Counted from the first letter of the stretch, positions 11,239-22,489 are shown. The stretch: 64,000 nt of DNA from Octopus sinensis (GCF_006345805.1 NC_042997.1:206150001-206214000), one strand, 5' to 3'. A program made the numbers and translations. The notes: generated by a model from the letters alone, not told the origin.

Positions 11239-11569
11239 TATGTTGGCTAGCTATATGTGCGGTTTGAAGTCAGACACTGCACCACATACACTAATTTGTG
11301 TGTTTGTGAGTATGTGTGTGTGTGTGAAATATAATGATTGTTACTTCTTTTCAGAAGAGGACCATCACTTCATTGAACATAACACAATCATATGTATACA
11401 GGTGGCTCTTCAACCCAGCTTTGTTCTGCAGGAACATTTGCAATCATGACATTTTTTTCTTTTAATTACAAATGTACCATGGTGTGTGCATGGTGGCAGA
11501 ACCATGCCACAAGCAGCTCATCTTCTCCCTGGTTAATGTTACTTTAGATGCCTGACAAACCCACCCATC

Positions 11570-11765
11570 TACATATATATATATATATATATAGTTCAAT
11601 TTGACAACTCCACTAGAATGGACGAAAGCGCTAATATATGATATATGATGTATAAAAACATGTAATATACAAATAAATATCTGTAAATATAGAATCATCT
11701 GAATTTCTGAGTATCTAATTTTTTCTAACATAAAATACCTGTACATCATCTCCGAACCTTCTAAC

Positions 11766-11826
<61 letters not shown>

Positions 11827-11830
11827 ATGT
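11570..11830. repeat. (TA)n and (TA)n(CA)n microsatellites
   Basis: Runs at about 11570-11593 and 11765-11828. Confidence 0.9.
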
Positions 11831-11834
11831 CATA

Positions 11835-11993
11835 CTCATCATCATCATATTTTCAAATCTGTCTTTCAATGCTTGTATGTCATATGGTTTGATACAATCC
11901 AACAGGCCCAGGGACTATATTGTGTTCTAATGCCTGCTTTGTTTGGAATTCATTGCCACAACCACTACCACCACCACCACACCAACACCCCAT

Positions 11994-12040
<47 letters not shown>

Positions 12041-12065
12041 TTACTACTACTAGTACTACTACAAA
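11835..12065 (-). repeat. SINE/LINE 3'-tail remnant followed by (CAC)n/(TAC)n microsatellite
   Basis: CATCATCATCAT...TTTCAATGCTTGTATGTCATATGGTTTGA is a degenerate reverse complement of the common tail. The TAC run is at 11992-12063. Confidence 0.6.
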
Positions 12066-12223
12066 ACTACAGTGCCCTGTTTAATATTTCAGTATTTATT
12101 GTCTAAACCCCCAAATTAATCAAAATATTCTTGTTTTTGTTTTGTTTTTTAAAACTTTCAATAGAAAAAGGGTTTATAATTTTATTTTTGTTCTGAAATA
12201 TTTGATTTCTGTTTGAACTCTAG

Positions 12224-12357
12224 AAGCGATCCCTAATACATGGTCACCAATGGGAGACAACGAATTGCTTAAAAGTGTTCAAATCACAAATGGACAAGAA
12301 TATGATGACATCCAAGCCATTTTCAGTCAATATTTGCCTTCCTATCATATAACCAAA
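12224..12357 (+). CDS. PARP14: PARP14-like exon B: start of the catalytic domain
   Basis: Acceptor CTCTAG| and donor |GTTTGT; 134 nt (phase 1 to 0): (E)AIPNTWSPMGDNELLKSVQITNGQEYDDIQAIFSQYLPSYHITK. Confidence 0.88.
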
Positions 12358-12745
12358 GTTTGTATTTTCATTTCTGTTATAAACAATATTTGATGGTTTA
12401 TTGTTAAAACAAAATGTTAAGAGACATTTTGTTTGTATGAAAGATTTAAATCTCATTGTATGAACCTATTTTGGGATGGTTCTATGTGTTTTTGGATATT
12501 CACAAGAAATCTTTGCTCAACAAAAATACCTCTGCTTTAACTTCTTGCATTGAATTGTAAATGCAACACCATTTTGCAGCTAAACTATTATGCCTTACCA
12601 AAATTTACAGCTGAATCAAAATTGGTATCAAATAAAAAAGAAAAAAAAAAGCAGATAGGGTTGGGGTTTTTCACCATAAACGTTATTTCCTTGTCAAAGA
12701 AGTGAACTGATTGTTTTTTCATAAATGTATTTTCCTTTTCTACAG

Positions 12746-12923
12746 ATTGAGAGAATTCAAAATAAAGCATTATACCACGGATACCAAGTATTGAAAAGAA
12801 AGTATGAGCTAGAAAATCCAAACATTTCAAATGAAGTTGATAGCCTTTGGCATGGTACTGCTGGAGGATCTATTGATGGAATAAATAAATCAGGATTCAA
12901 CCGTAGCTATTGTGGTAAAAATG
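12746..12923 (+). CDS. PARP14: PARP14-like exon C: catalytic His motif
   Basis: Acceptor TTCTACAG| and donor |GTAAGT; 178 nt (phase 0 to 1): IERIQNKALYHGYQ...SLWHGTAGGSIDGINKSGFNRSYCGKN. Confidence 0.95.
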
Positions 12924-13559
12924 GTAAGTATATTCTAATCAACATCATCATCATCATCTACCCACCCTTCCTATTGTCCTGAGCTGGACAGTCACTCTCC
13001 ACATTGATTGCTGTTTAGAATCCTTTCTCACACAGAGAGGATGTCATGTTGCTCACACATTCCATGTTTGGCATCGTTTCTACTGCCAGGTCCCCTTCCT
13101 AACATCTTCTGCTCTAGAGTAAACCAGGTGTATTTTATTATTGTGGAACCAACACTTTTATTTGGATTGGGAGGAAGGGTCTGTCCCCATCCATTAATGT
13201 TCCTCTTGAAACTTTGTAAATGAAAATATTGCAGGAAAGATAAGAGAAGGGGTGGAATTCCAGAGGGGTAATGTTTTGGGGAAGAAGGACTGGGTGTAGT
13301 GGTGGGTCGGCAGGACTGGACAGAAATATCAACAAGCGAACACCAGGCCTAGCAATCACCATTCTGAGTTTGTCAATTATAGATATACTGAGATAATCAA
13401 TACAGTGTTGTTAACTCTCATTGAAATATTCAATGTCTGCTACAGCCTAGAAATTGGTTAAGGGACATTTAATAACTGTATAGAAATCTGATAAACCAGA
13501 AGTGGTACCATTGTTATTGCCTGTTGTGTAATTATAATTATAACTTTGTAATATAATTC

Positions 13560-13743
13560 TTTTCTACTCTAGACACAAGTCCGAAATTTTGGAGGAGGGG
13601 CAGTTGATTAAATCAACCTCAGTACACAACTGGTACTTAATTCATTGACCTCGAAAGAATGAAAAGCAAAGTTGACCTCAGCAGAATTTGAACTCAGACG
13701 AAATACTGTTAAGCGGGCTAACATTTCTGCCAGCTTGCCACCT
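13560..13743 (-). mobile_element. tRNA-derived SINE with a Nin/Deu-like central domain
   Basis: The minus strand has A-box-like TGGCAGAAATGTTAG, B-box-like GAGTTCAAATTC, then GCTTTTCATTCTTTCGAGGTCAATGAATTAAGTACCAG. Confidence 0.75.
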
Positions 13744-13758
13744 TAACTTTATAATGTA

Positions 13759-14138
13759 ACTAGCAGTATTGCCCGGCGTTGCTCGGGTTTGTTTCGACCC
13801 TTTAGAATTGGAATTTTTGAAAAGTAAAACTTTTGCATTATGTAGCTTGTTATTCTCTTTCAGTGAACATTTTTCTGGTTGAAATACACGGAAAAATGGC
13901 GACACAGCAGTAAAAAAATCGTAAAAAATAGGGATTTTCATAGAAAAAAAAAGCACCATTTTGATGTAAATAATGTTAACATGGTCCGATTTGAATTTTT
14001 TCTTCTATGGAAGGAAGACCTAACCTTCTGTCATACTCTCAATTTTGGTCAACTTGCGCTGCTGGGTCTCGGAGGAGATAGTGTTAGATGAAGGCTACCA
14101 AACCTGCCATACACCGACAACTTCAGCTTTATATATAG
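13759..14138 (+). mobile_element. Probable non-autonomous rolling-circle (Helentron/HINE-like) element
   Basis: It starts ACTAGCAGTATTGCCCGGCGTTGCTCGGG (5' hairpin) and ends CAACTTCAGCTTTATATATAG. It has no coding capacity. Confidence 0.5.
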
Positions 14139-14284
14139 ACTACTCATAACCCGTTGGGTCACCGGAAAAGCCTTAGTTTCCCAGCAACAGAGTTTTTGTT
14201 TCGTGGGGTTTTTCTTCTTTTTCCAGATTATTTTGCATGCTTTCAACGAATGTAACTTCGAAACCACGAGTAAGGAAAGATTTA

Positions 14285-14385
14285 GCTGCTATTTCTTGCA
14301 CGCCCTGCTACCACATAACAGGTATTTCGGGTCCTTTATCGCAAAGAGCAGTTACGTGGTAGTGGGGCGTGCTAGAAATAGCAGC
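14285..14385. repeat. 35-bp inverted repeat with a 31-nt loop
   Basis: Arms at 14285-14319 and 14351-14385: 31/35 Watson-Crick pairs plus 2 G-U pairs on the + strand. Confidence 0.9.
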
Positions 14386-14730
14386 CAATTATTTGGAAGT
14401 GAGATACGTTGAATGCACTTGGAAAAAAAACTATGGAAAAAAATTATTTCACACTGAGGTTACGAACAGGTCTTTTACGAAATATTTATGCCAAAAAGGA
14501 TTTTTGTAATGGTATTCACTTGAAAATGATTTTTAAAAACCATTGAAATATTGTCTGTTTAAAGAAAATTAAAATATAAATACTTATTGTACAAACAACT
14601 TAAATTTTTGAAATCACATTCACTTACAAATATTACTAAATGATTAGATTGTGCTTAACAAAAGCGAAATTAGAAACAGTTTTCGAAATTAGAAACAGTT
14701 TTAAGTGTATACCATAGGATTTATTAACTA

Positions 14731-14897
14731 GGCACAGGAGTGGCTGTGTGGTTAGAAGATTGCTTACCAACCACATGGTTCCTAATTCAGTCCTACTGTG
14801 TGGCACCCTGGGCAAGTGTCTTCTACTATTGCCTCAGGCTGACGAAAGAATTGTGAGTGGATTTGGTAGAAAGAAACTGAAAGAAGCTCATCGTGTA
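14731..14897 (+). mobile_element. tRNA-derived SINE (CORE-like)
   Basis: GGCACAGGAGTGGCTGTGTGGTTAG (A box), GGTTCCTAATTCAGTCC (B-box-like), GGCACCCTGGGCAAGTGTCTTCTAC. Confidence 0.75.
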
Positions 14898-14900
14898 TTT

Positions 14901-17900
14901 ATCGTCACCATAATCATCACTGTTTAACATCTACTTTCCATGCTGGCATGGGTTCAATGGTTTGACTGAGAGCTGGCAAGCCAGAAGGCTGTACCAGGCT
15001 CTAATCTGATCTGGTAGAGTTTCTACAGCTGGATGCCCTTCCTAATGCCAACCACTGCGAGAGTGTAGTGGGTCCTTTTTATGTGCCATTGGCACGAGGG
15101 CCAGTCAGGCGGTACTGTCATTGACCATGACATGCATTTGTGAAAACTTATTGAGGTCTTCACAACAAGGTCTTCACAAGTGCAGCTTATTGCTCAATGA
15201 TTGAAGTGTACTCTTAGATGGACCCATTATACTGTACTAGCATAGGCCACTGTTATGGTTTCACTTGGTTTGCCAGGTCTTCTCAAGCACAGCATATCTC
15301 CAATGGTGCTGGTCACTTGTCATCACCTCCGTGAAGCCCAACATTCAAAGATCATGCTTAACCACCTCATTCCAGGTCTTCCTGGGTCTACCTCTTCCAC
15401 AGGTTCCCTCAACTGCTAGGGTGTGACACTTTTTCACAGAGCTGTTCTCATCCATTCACAACACATGACCACACCAGTGCAGTCATCTCTCTTGCACACC
15501 ACAACTGATGCTTCTTATCTCCAACTTTTCTCTCGGGGTGCTTACACTCTGTCGTGTATGCACACTGACGTTACACATCCAGTAGAGCATATTGGCTGCG
15601 TTCCTTGCAAGATTACGCATGTCCTCAGCCATCACGGCCCATATCTCACTGCCATGTAGCATGGTTGTTCATACACATGCGTCATACAGTCTACCTTTTA
15701 CTCTGAGGGAAAGGCCTTTTGTCACCAGCAGAGGTAGGAGCTCTCTGAACTTTGCCCAGACTATCGTTACTCTAGCAGCTACACTCTCAGAGCATTCACC
15801 TGACTTGGTCCCCTAGGTGATGGAAGCTGTCAACTACTTCTAGGTTTTCTCCCTGGAATATGGCAGAAGTTGTTCTCTGTATATTTCCAGTATTTATTGC
15901 TCCTGAGCATCTGCCACATACAAAAACTATCTTCCCAGTTAGCCTTCCTTTGATATTGCTGCACCTCTTATATGTCCATAGCTTACACTGGGTACATATT
16001 TTAGAGTTTCTACCTATGCCTTTTCTACAGATCGAGGAGAGTCATCTACCTGAAGGGATTTGTGGTTTGTCTGCTTCCTATTAGGACTTTGGTTTTAGCT
16101 AGGTTGACTCTAAGGTCCTTCGATTCTAATAACTTGTTTCCACACTTGAAACTTCTCGAATTCTGATAGTGACTCAACAATTAGAGCAAGGTCATCAGCA
16201 TAGAGGAGCTCCCAGGGGCATCCTGTCTTGAATTCCTCTGTTATTGCTGGAGAACTATGATAAATAGGAGTGGGCTGAGGGCTGAACCTTGGTAGACCCC
16301 TACCTCTACCCAGAATTTTTAACTGTACTTGTTACCAATCCTTACCTTTCTGACAGTGTCCCTGTACATGGCTTGCACAGTTCTCACTAACCACTCATCT
16401 ATCCCTAGTTTCCTCATTGACCACCAGATAAGGGATTGGGGGACCCTGTCAAAGGCTTTTTCCATGTCAACGAAAGCCAAGTACAGAGGTTTATCTTTGG
16501 CTAAGTATTTCTCCTGCAGCTGTCTTACCAGAAATATAACATCAGTAGTACTTTTCCCTGGCATGAACCCAAACTGCATCTCCTCTAAACTGGGCTATGA
16601 CCCTCTCTGTGACTTTCATTACCTGATCCAACAACTTGATACCTCTGTAATTATTTGTATCTAATGCATCACCTTTACCTTTGTAGCAGTTGACTATAGT
16701 GCTGCTACACCAGTCATTGGGTACGACTACTTTATGTATCACCTGATTGACTATAGCCAACACTACTAGGTGTTTTAAGCATCTCTGTGGTGATTCCTGA
16801 TGGGCTGGAAACTTTCCCAGTCTTCATACCCTTAAATGCTTTATCTTCCAAGTTACTCTCAATTCAGATAGCTGGTCCCTCTGTTGGGTTGACATTTGGC
16901 AGCCTCTCTTTCTCCCATTCATTCTCTTCATTTAGCAATCTTTTCATAATGGCATCTCCAAGACTCTCTCTTTGCAGCCTCATTAAATGCATCATCCATG
17001 CAGACACATTTATCTCCTATGACATCACAATTCTCTCTCATACACTCTCTTGCAACACAAAACACTTCAAGTCTTTGGTCCTCACGACTTAGACCATTGG
17101 CCCCTGGCTAAGTAAACTTGTTTCATAACTTCCAAACTGGCAATCTGATACAATTCCCTATTACCAGCATTCTTTCAGTCCTTCCATGCTTGTTTCTTTT
17201 CCCTAATGGCCCTGTCAACTACATTGTTCCACCACCATGTTATTTTGGGTTGAGAGGGGACTTTGCACCATCCACAGATCTGCTCAGTAGCCCTCAACCA
17301 GTTGTCCCATAGAAACTTCCAGTTGTCTTCCACATCATGTGATGTTATATCCCCCTCTATTTCATCAAAAGCTTTGAATAATACGTCTCTAAATCTGTGT
17401 CCATTTGCTGGATCCTTAACCTTCCAGACCGTTCTCTTCCATGCTGGCCCAACTCCCAGGCATCCATTTAGCTCTGATCCTCAAGGTGCTGACTATTAAT
17501 CTATGTTGTGGGGTGCATTCTTCACCTAGGAAGGTTTTGGCATTTATAAGTTGCCATCTTTCTCGTTTCCTGGCAGGGATGTAGTCAGTTTGACTAGTGT
17601 GTCTGCCAGATCGGTAGGTGACTAGGTGGCTGGGAGGTTTCCTGAAGTTAGTATTGCAAACCATAAGATCATTTGCATCACAGAACTCCAGCAGCCTGGT
17701 TTCCTCTTCGTTGTAGGAACCAAGACCATAACCTCCATGTACACCATAGAAGCCCCCTACATGTTATCCAACATGTCCATTGAAATCACCAGCCACAAAG
17801 AGGAGGTCCCTGTCATTCATCACCGAGGGGTGTCATAAAATCACTCTTTCTGTCCGTCAGATAGCCCCGGCTGAGGGGCATAGGTCAAGATAATGGTTGC

Positions 17901-18171
17901 TAACCCATGTTGCAGCATTAATCTGATCTTAAGTATTCTATTACAGACTCTGATTACCTTATCAACCCTTTTCTCCACAAGTATACCCATGCCCCCGACC
18001 CCGTCAGTGTTTCCAGCCCAGAAAAATCTTGTACCTGTGTGCTTTGCCTGTGAGGAACGTAGCAGAACATCCTCTCCACCTTACTTCTTTGATGCAGCAC
18101 AAATCTACATGTCTCCGTTTAAGCTTCTCAACAATCTCACCAGACCTACCTTTCAATGTGCCAACATTAAG
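14901..18171 (-). mobile_element. Near full-ORF RTE LINE (APE plus RT plus 3' UTR), decayed
   Basis: The minus strand reads LNVGTLKGRSGEIVE..RRHVDLCCIKEVRW, MVCNTNFRK, MQFGFMPGKSTTD and LYLAFVDMEKAFDRVP. The tail is at 14901-14945. Confidence 0.92.
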
Positions 18172-18599
18172 TGTGTGTGCGTGTGTGTGTATGTATATGT
18201 TTGTGTGCGAAACATAAGCGAAAATGCACATTGGAAATAAAAAAAGTAAAGGCTTTTTATGCAAATTAACGAAAGATATATACAATTAGATGAACTGAGG
18301 TAGGAATAAAAGTAATAAAAGTCATTGTGAATCGTTAGAGATTCAAAAGCATACCGGTTTTGTTAGTTACTAATCATTGCTTTGAATAGAATTATTCATT
18401 GCTTTGAATGCACACCGAATAATGAATGGTGTCAGGTCTATTAGTCCATGAGAAAAAAAAGATGTGTAAGGGAGGTAAGTAGTTCTGGATTTGGTGCAAT
18501 TAGGTTAGATGTAGATCTGTACAGTGAATGCTGTAAGGATACATGGGGGTTACTGGTATTAATTGAAAGCTTAGTAGTGTTCTGTATTATGTTATGTGT

Positions 18600-18960
18600 T
18601 CATATTTAGTTGGGGAAGATATTTATTGATGAAAGTTGCCTCTTTATTCATTCTTTGTTGTCTTGAGGTGTTCTATGAACATTGATAGAAGGGGAAAATT
18701 AGGAAATTAGGATTAAGATTCCTAGTACACCTTTCTACGTGTTCACTAACCTGTAACTGTCTGTATTGTGGGTGGCAGATTTGTCCTTTATAGAGAGTGG
18801 TTCTTCGACGGAGTGATATTTCTGTTTGGCCAATATAATTGTACCACATCCTAATGGCATAAATTAGATTTTCCGAGGCACAGGTGAAATTTGATTTGAT
18901 CTTAAACATTTCACCTTGTTTAAAGTAGAATTCTGAACCCTCCAAAAGGTGGGGGCATGT
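18600..18960 (-). mobile_element. Penelope-like GIY-YIG endonuclease fragment
   Basis: ORF 18673..18945(-) FKIKSNFTCASENLIYAI...NYIGQT...SLRRR...VSEH, continuing RMNKEATFINKYLPQLN. Confidence 0.8.
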
Positions 18961-19216
18961 ACCACACTTAGGTCAACCACATTTTTTTCACTTTTGGTTC
19001 TGTTGTTAATGAATATAGTCTTGCGCTGGTTTATATTTTTTTCAGTGATTTCGTTTGCATTTTGCTTTTGATAATTTTGTATGAGCTTAGAATTTTGTTC
19101 ATTGTTTTATCTCCTATTTTTGATTTCCAATGTGCATTTTCTCTTATTTTTCTTACTTTCCCCTTATATTACCATGTGTAGTTTCTATTTTCTTTTTGTA
19201 ACATATTTCTATTACA

Positions 19217-19217
19217 T

Positions 19218-19282
<65 letters not shown>
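19217..19282. repeat. (CA)n(TA)n microsatellite
   Basis: Directly visible. Confidence 0.95.
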
Positions 19283-19285
<3 letters not shown>

Positions 19286-19806
19286 CATTTCTTCAGTAAA
19301 TCCTAAATCCAAAAGAGAAGCAGACTCTAGTTCATAGAGCAGTCGAGTGTTTGGATAAAGATGATATGGCTGGTCTATGGGGTTACTCTGGGTTTCACAT
19401 CCATAAAGTGGTTAGCTTTACAGCATTTTATCTGACCCTAAAACCCGTTGACCTATGGCCTCTCTTGCGAGTGACCCCTCTAGAAAATGGGGGAGGAAAA
19501 ATCTTTGTTACTTTATGTCAAAAACGAGGGATTGTTTCCTTTTGATTGCTATTAATTAGAGTTCCATCGTCCTTCAGCCATTATACATGTTGTTGACATA
19601 GAGTAACAAAGTCTTTTCCTCTTCCATTTTCTTGAGAGGCCACGAAAAGCCATAAGCCAGCAGGTTTTAGGGTCTGAAGAAATGTTTTAAAGCTGGGTGC
19701 TTTATAGACAAGCAACTCAGAGTAATCCCATTGACGAGCCATATCTATCTTTATACATACATAAACATATATATGTATATATTTATCTTTTTTACTTTAT
19801 TTTTAG

Positions 19807-20072
19807 CCACAGCATTTGGTGAAGGTGTTTATTTTGCCAGAGACATCCAATATTCTGCACAAGATAAATATTCTGCTCCTGACGCTAACAACACAAAGAG
19901 AATATACTTATGCAGTGTTCTTGTGGGAAAAATGATGAAAGGAAGTCATGGTTTAAAAGTTTTACAGGATTCTTGCAATTCTGCTGTTGATGATATTCAA
20001 AATCCCACTATTTATGTTATTTTCCATGACAATCAGGCATATCCTAAATATTTGATTGAATTTGCTCAATGA
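19807..20072 (+). CDS. PARP14: PARP14-like exon D: terminal coding exon
   Basis: Acceptor TTTTAG|, phase 1: (A)TAFGEGVYFARDIQYSAQDKYSAPD...RIYLCSVLVG...AVDDIQNPTIYVIFHDNQAYPKYLIEFAQ*, with TGA at 20070-72. Confidence 0.95.
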
Positions 20073-20079
20073 AATCAAC

Positions 20080-20520
20080 ACTAACACTATGTAAATTTGT
20101 AACTCTGAAACTATTCAGATTTGTAACATCTCTTTGGATTTATAACAGTAAACATTTTCAGATTTTCCACAAAATTATTTAACTTTTAACAGTAATACTA
20201 TTCAAATGTATAACAGTAAAAAGAAGGTTTAAATTTGTAACAATAAAACAATTCAGATTTGTAACAGTGAAACCCTTCAGCTTTGAAACACTAACACTAT
20301 TCAAATTTTTAACAGTTAAATTATTCATATGCATATCAGTAAAATTTGTAACAACTAAAACATACAGATTTATCATAGTAAAATTATAAAGATTTGTAAC
20401 AGTAAAACTATTGAAATTTGCAAAAGTTAAGCTATCCAAATGTGTAACAATAAACCTATTCAAATTTGTAACAATAGATCTATTTGGACTTGTAAAAGTA
20501 ACACTATTCAAATTTGTAAA
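20080..20520 (+). repeat. Degenerate 24-bp minisatellite in the PARP 3' UTR (consensus about AAATTTGTAACAGTAAAACTATTC)
   Basis: About 18 imperfect units. AATAAA occurs at 20242 and 20449. Confidence 0.8.
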
Positions 20521-20640
20521 GGAGCCTGGCACAGTTCTCCAGCTCACCAGACCCAGTCAAACCGCCTTACCCATGCCAGCATAGAAAACGGACATGAATT
20601 GGTGGTGGTGGTGATGATGATGATGAGGAGGAGGAGGAAT
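20521..20640 (+). mobile_element. LINE/SINE 3'-tail fragment
   Basis: GGAGCCTGGCACAG...CAGTCAAACCGCCTTACCCATGCCAGCATAGAAAACGGAC followed by (GTG)(ATG)(GAG) triplets. Confidence 0.7.
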
Positions 20641-20715
20641 ACATTAACTCTCATAGGTATTCACAGAGTGGAAATTTCTAATGCTTCAGAATAAACCATT
20701 TATCTTCCATTTTAG

Positions 20716-20755
<40 letters not shown>

Positions 20756-21684
20756 TATGTATACATATGCACACTTATAAGCAAAGAGATTCAAGGAGAT
20801 GAGAAAGAGAAGGAAGTTATAGCAACCAGGATTGATTCAGAGAACAATATAAGGAAAACATTATAGAGCAGTCATTGAAAAAGTTATTACTAAAACAAAA
20901 CAAACACAAAAAGAAGAGCAAAGATAAACACCACAAAAATTCATATATTTAAAAAGAAATGCTCAATATTTAGTGTGTTTACTGTTCAATATAAACTGAT
21001 TTAATAGAAGAGTAAATTGCAATAAAGTGATATATGTCTAATGATTAGAGAGGAAAAAAGCAGTTATTTTAAATAGTACCAATAATTGAATAGCAGTCAA
21101 AACCATTACATTCAACTATCATAATCAATTATCACATATGAGCTAGGGGATGGCCTAAGTATTTAGATTATTCATTTCTAGTAATAACAGGTTACATAAG
21201 ATATATGAGAGACAAGAAATTAATTACCAAATATAAAGATTTATGGCATAAGAATTTAAATAGAATACAGTACTCAGAATTGAAATGGATAACAGGTTCG
21301 AAATATGAGAAAAGTTCTTTCAAATGGAACGTGAGCATTTAATTCAAAGTTCATGCAATTTCTTAAGAACTTCACTTGAACACTTTAAGATGTACAACAA
21401 TTCCATTCAGCATAGGTTATACCCATACCTATCAATGATGATAAGGCCTAATGTGTTTCACAATACTCCAGACTTTAAGTTTAATTCTCAGATTTTTGTT
21501 GCAAGTGTTGATTTAGCTTTATATCTTCTTTTAAAACTGTGATTATGATTATATACTCCCTGCTTGAAGGAGGATGAGAACAATCCTATAGAGGCAAACA
21601 TGCACAAGTTACTATGAATATTACATTTAGTCAGGCACTTATTATTAAGAGGGCACTGAAAAATACTTCTAGAGTTGCATAAAT

Positions 21685-21782
21685 TTGATGTAAAAATCCT
21701 GCCAAAACAGTCTTGTGGTACTGTCCCATCCATGCTAGCATGGACATGGACATTAAATGACGGTGAATGATGATGATAAAAA
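21685..21782 (+). mobile_element. Short LINE/SINE tail fragment
   Basis: AAAACAGTCTTGTGGTACTGTCCCATCCATGCTAGCATGGACATGGACATTAAATGA...GATGATGAT. Confidence 0.65.
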
Positions 21783-22489
21783 GTTATTAGAGGTCCAGGT
21801 AAATAGATCATTATTGCGTTATCTATAGCTGGAATCATTAGATTTACTATTTGTGCCAAGTATATTAATTCCACTATCATCACCGAGGCTACGACTAAAA
21901 GTACAACTGTAATAATTATTATAATTACTATATTATAACTTATTGCTAAAATCATTATGTTCGTTGTCAATATTATTACCATTGGTATCACCTACATGAA
22001 CACTATTGTTATTATTATTGATAATATCAGTATTGCTGCCATAGAAATTATCATTGATATCATTTATATTACGTTTATAGATAGTATTGTTATCACTATT
22101 TCTATTATTATAACTGTCTGTGTCAAGTCCAGCAACTGCATACTCATCAAATTCAAGTGTCACATGGATGATAGTTGCAGGACAAGCGTTTTCACCCAAA
22201 TTGTTGCTGACAACTGTTTTATTTATATTTTTAGGTTACTAGAGATGAATAGGTAGCACTAGATTGTATTATATTCACATTTGGGCCAATGATAATGTCA
22301 TTATTATTGTAAGTAGATCTATTTGTATTGGCCATGACACCACCCACTGTAATACTACAAAAACTTAAAATTGCTTACGATTTGGGGAAAGGAAATAGTC
22401 AGATAAATCACCTCCTTTTCATCGATGATATAAAGATTTATGCGTAAAATCAGAAACAGCTTGAAAGTCTTGTTCAGAAAGGTATCCAG

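Larger units (their letters stand above)
8095..11290 (+). mobile_element. Penelope-like element (RT plus GIY-YIG), interrupted by RTE pieces and a Tc1 element
   Basis: 8095-8325 has degenerate L*QDSGL (YRDDGL), LGLKIT, FLDL, YKPYHKPN..SYIHKQ. 9515-9975 has RPRKIIWF and CKCRDPGTCPLNQRCIIKSITYEAEV...KKSYI..CKGNFKNRYANQ. The frame resumes after the Tc1 as KAT|MLASYMCGLK. Confidence 0.8.

Noticed and set aside
11873-12106. Poly-His/poly-Leu ORF
   Set aside because: It is a translation of (CAC)n/(TAC)n microsatellites.
12990-13400. GC-richer intronic stretch (similar case at 19290-19730)
   Set aside because: It has no motif, repeat partner or credible ORF that I can identify. It is probably unrecognised old TE sequence.
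13560-14897. tRNA genes
   Set aside because: The A/B-box-like motifs belong to SINE heads. There is no cloverleaf or poly-T terminator.
20179-20547. 122-aa ORF with 8-residue repeats (VTNLNSFT), resembling an antifreeze or structural protein
   Set aside because: It is the antisense read-through of a 24-bp minisatellite, in frame only because 24 is divisible by 3. There is no splice or start context.
21488-22256. Several Asn/Ile-rich ORFs
   Set aside because: They derive from a decayed (AAT/ATT)n low-complexity tract.
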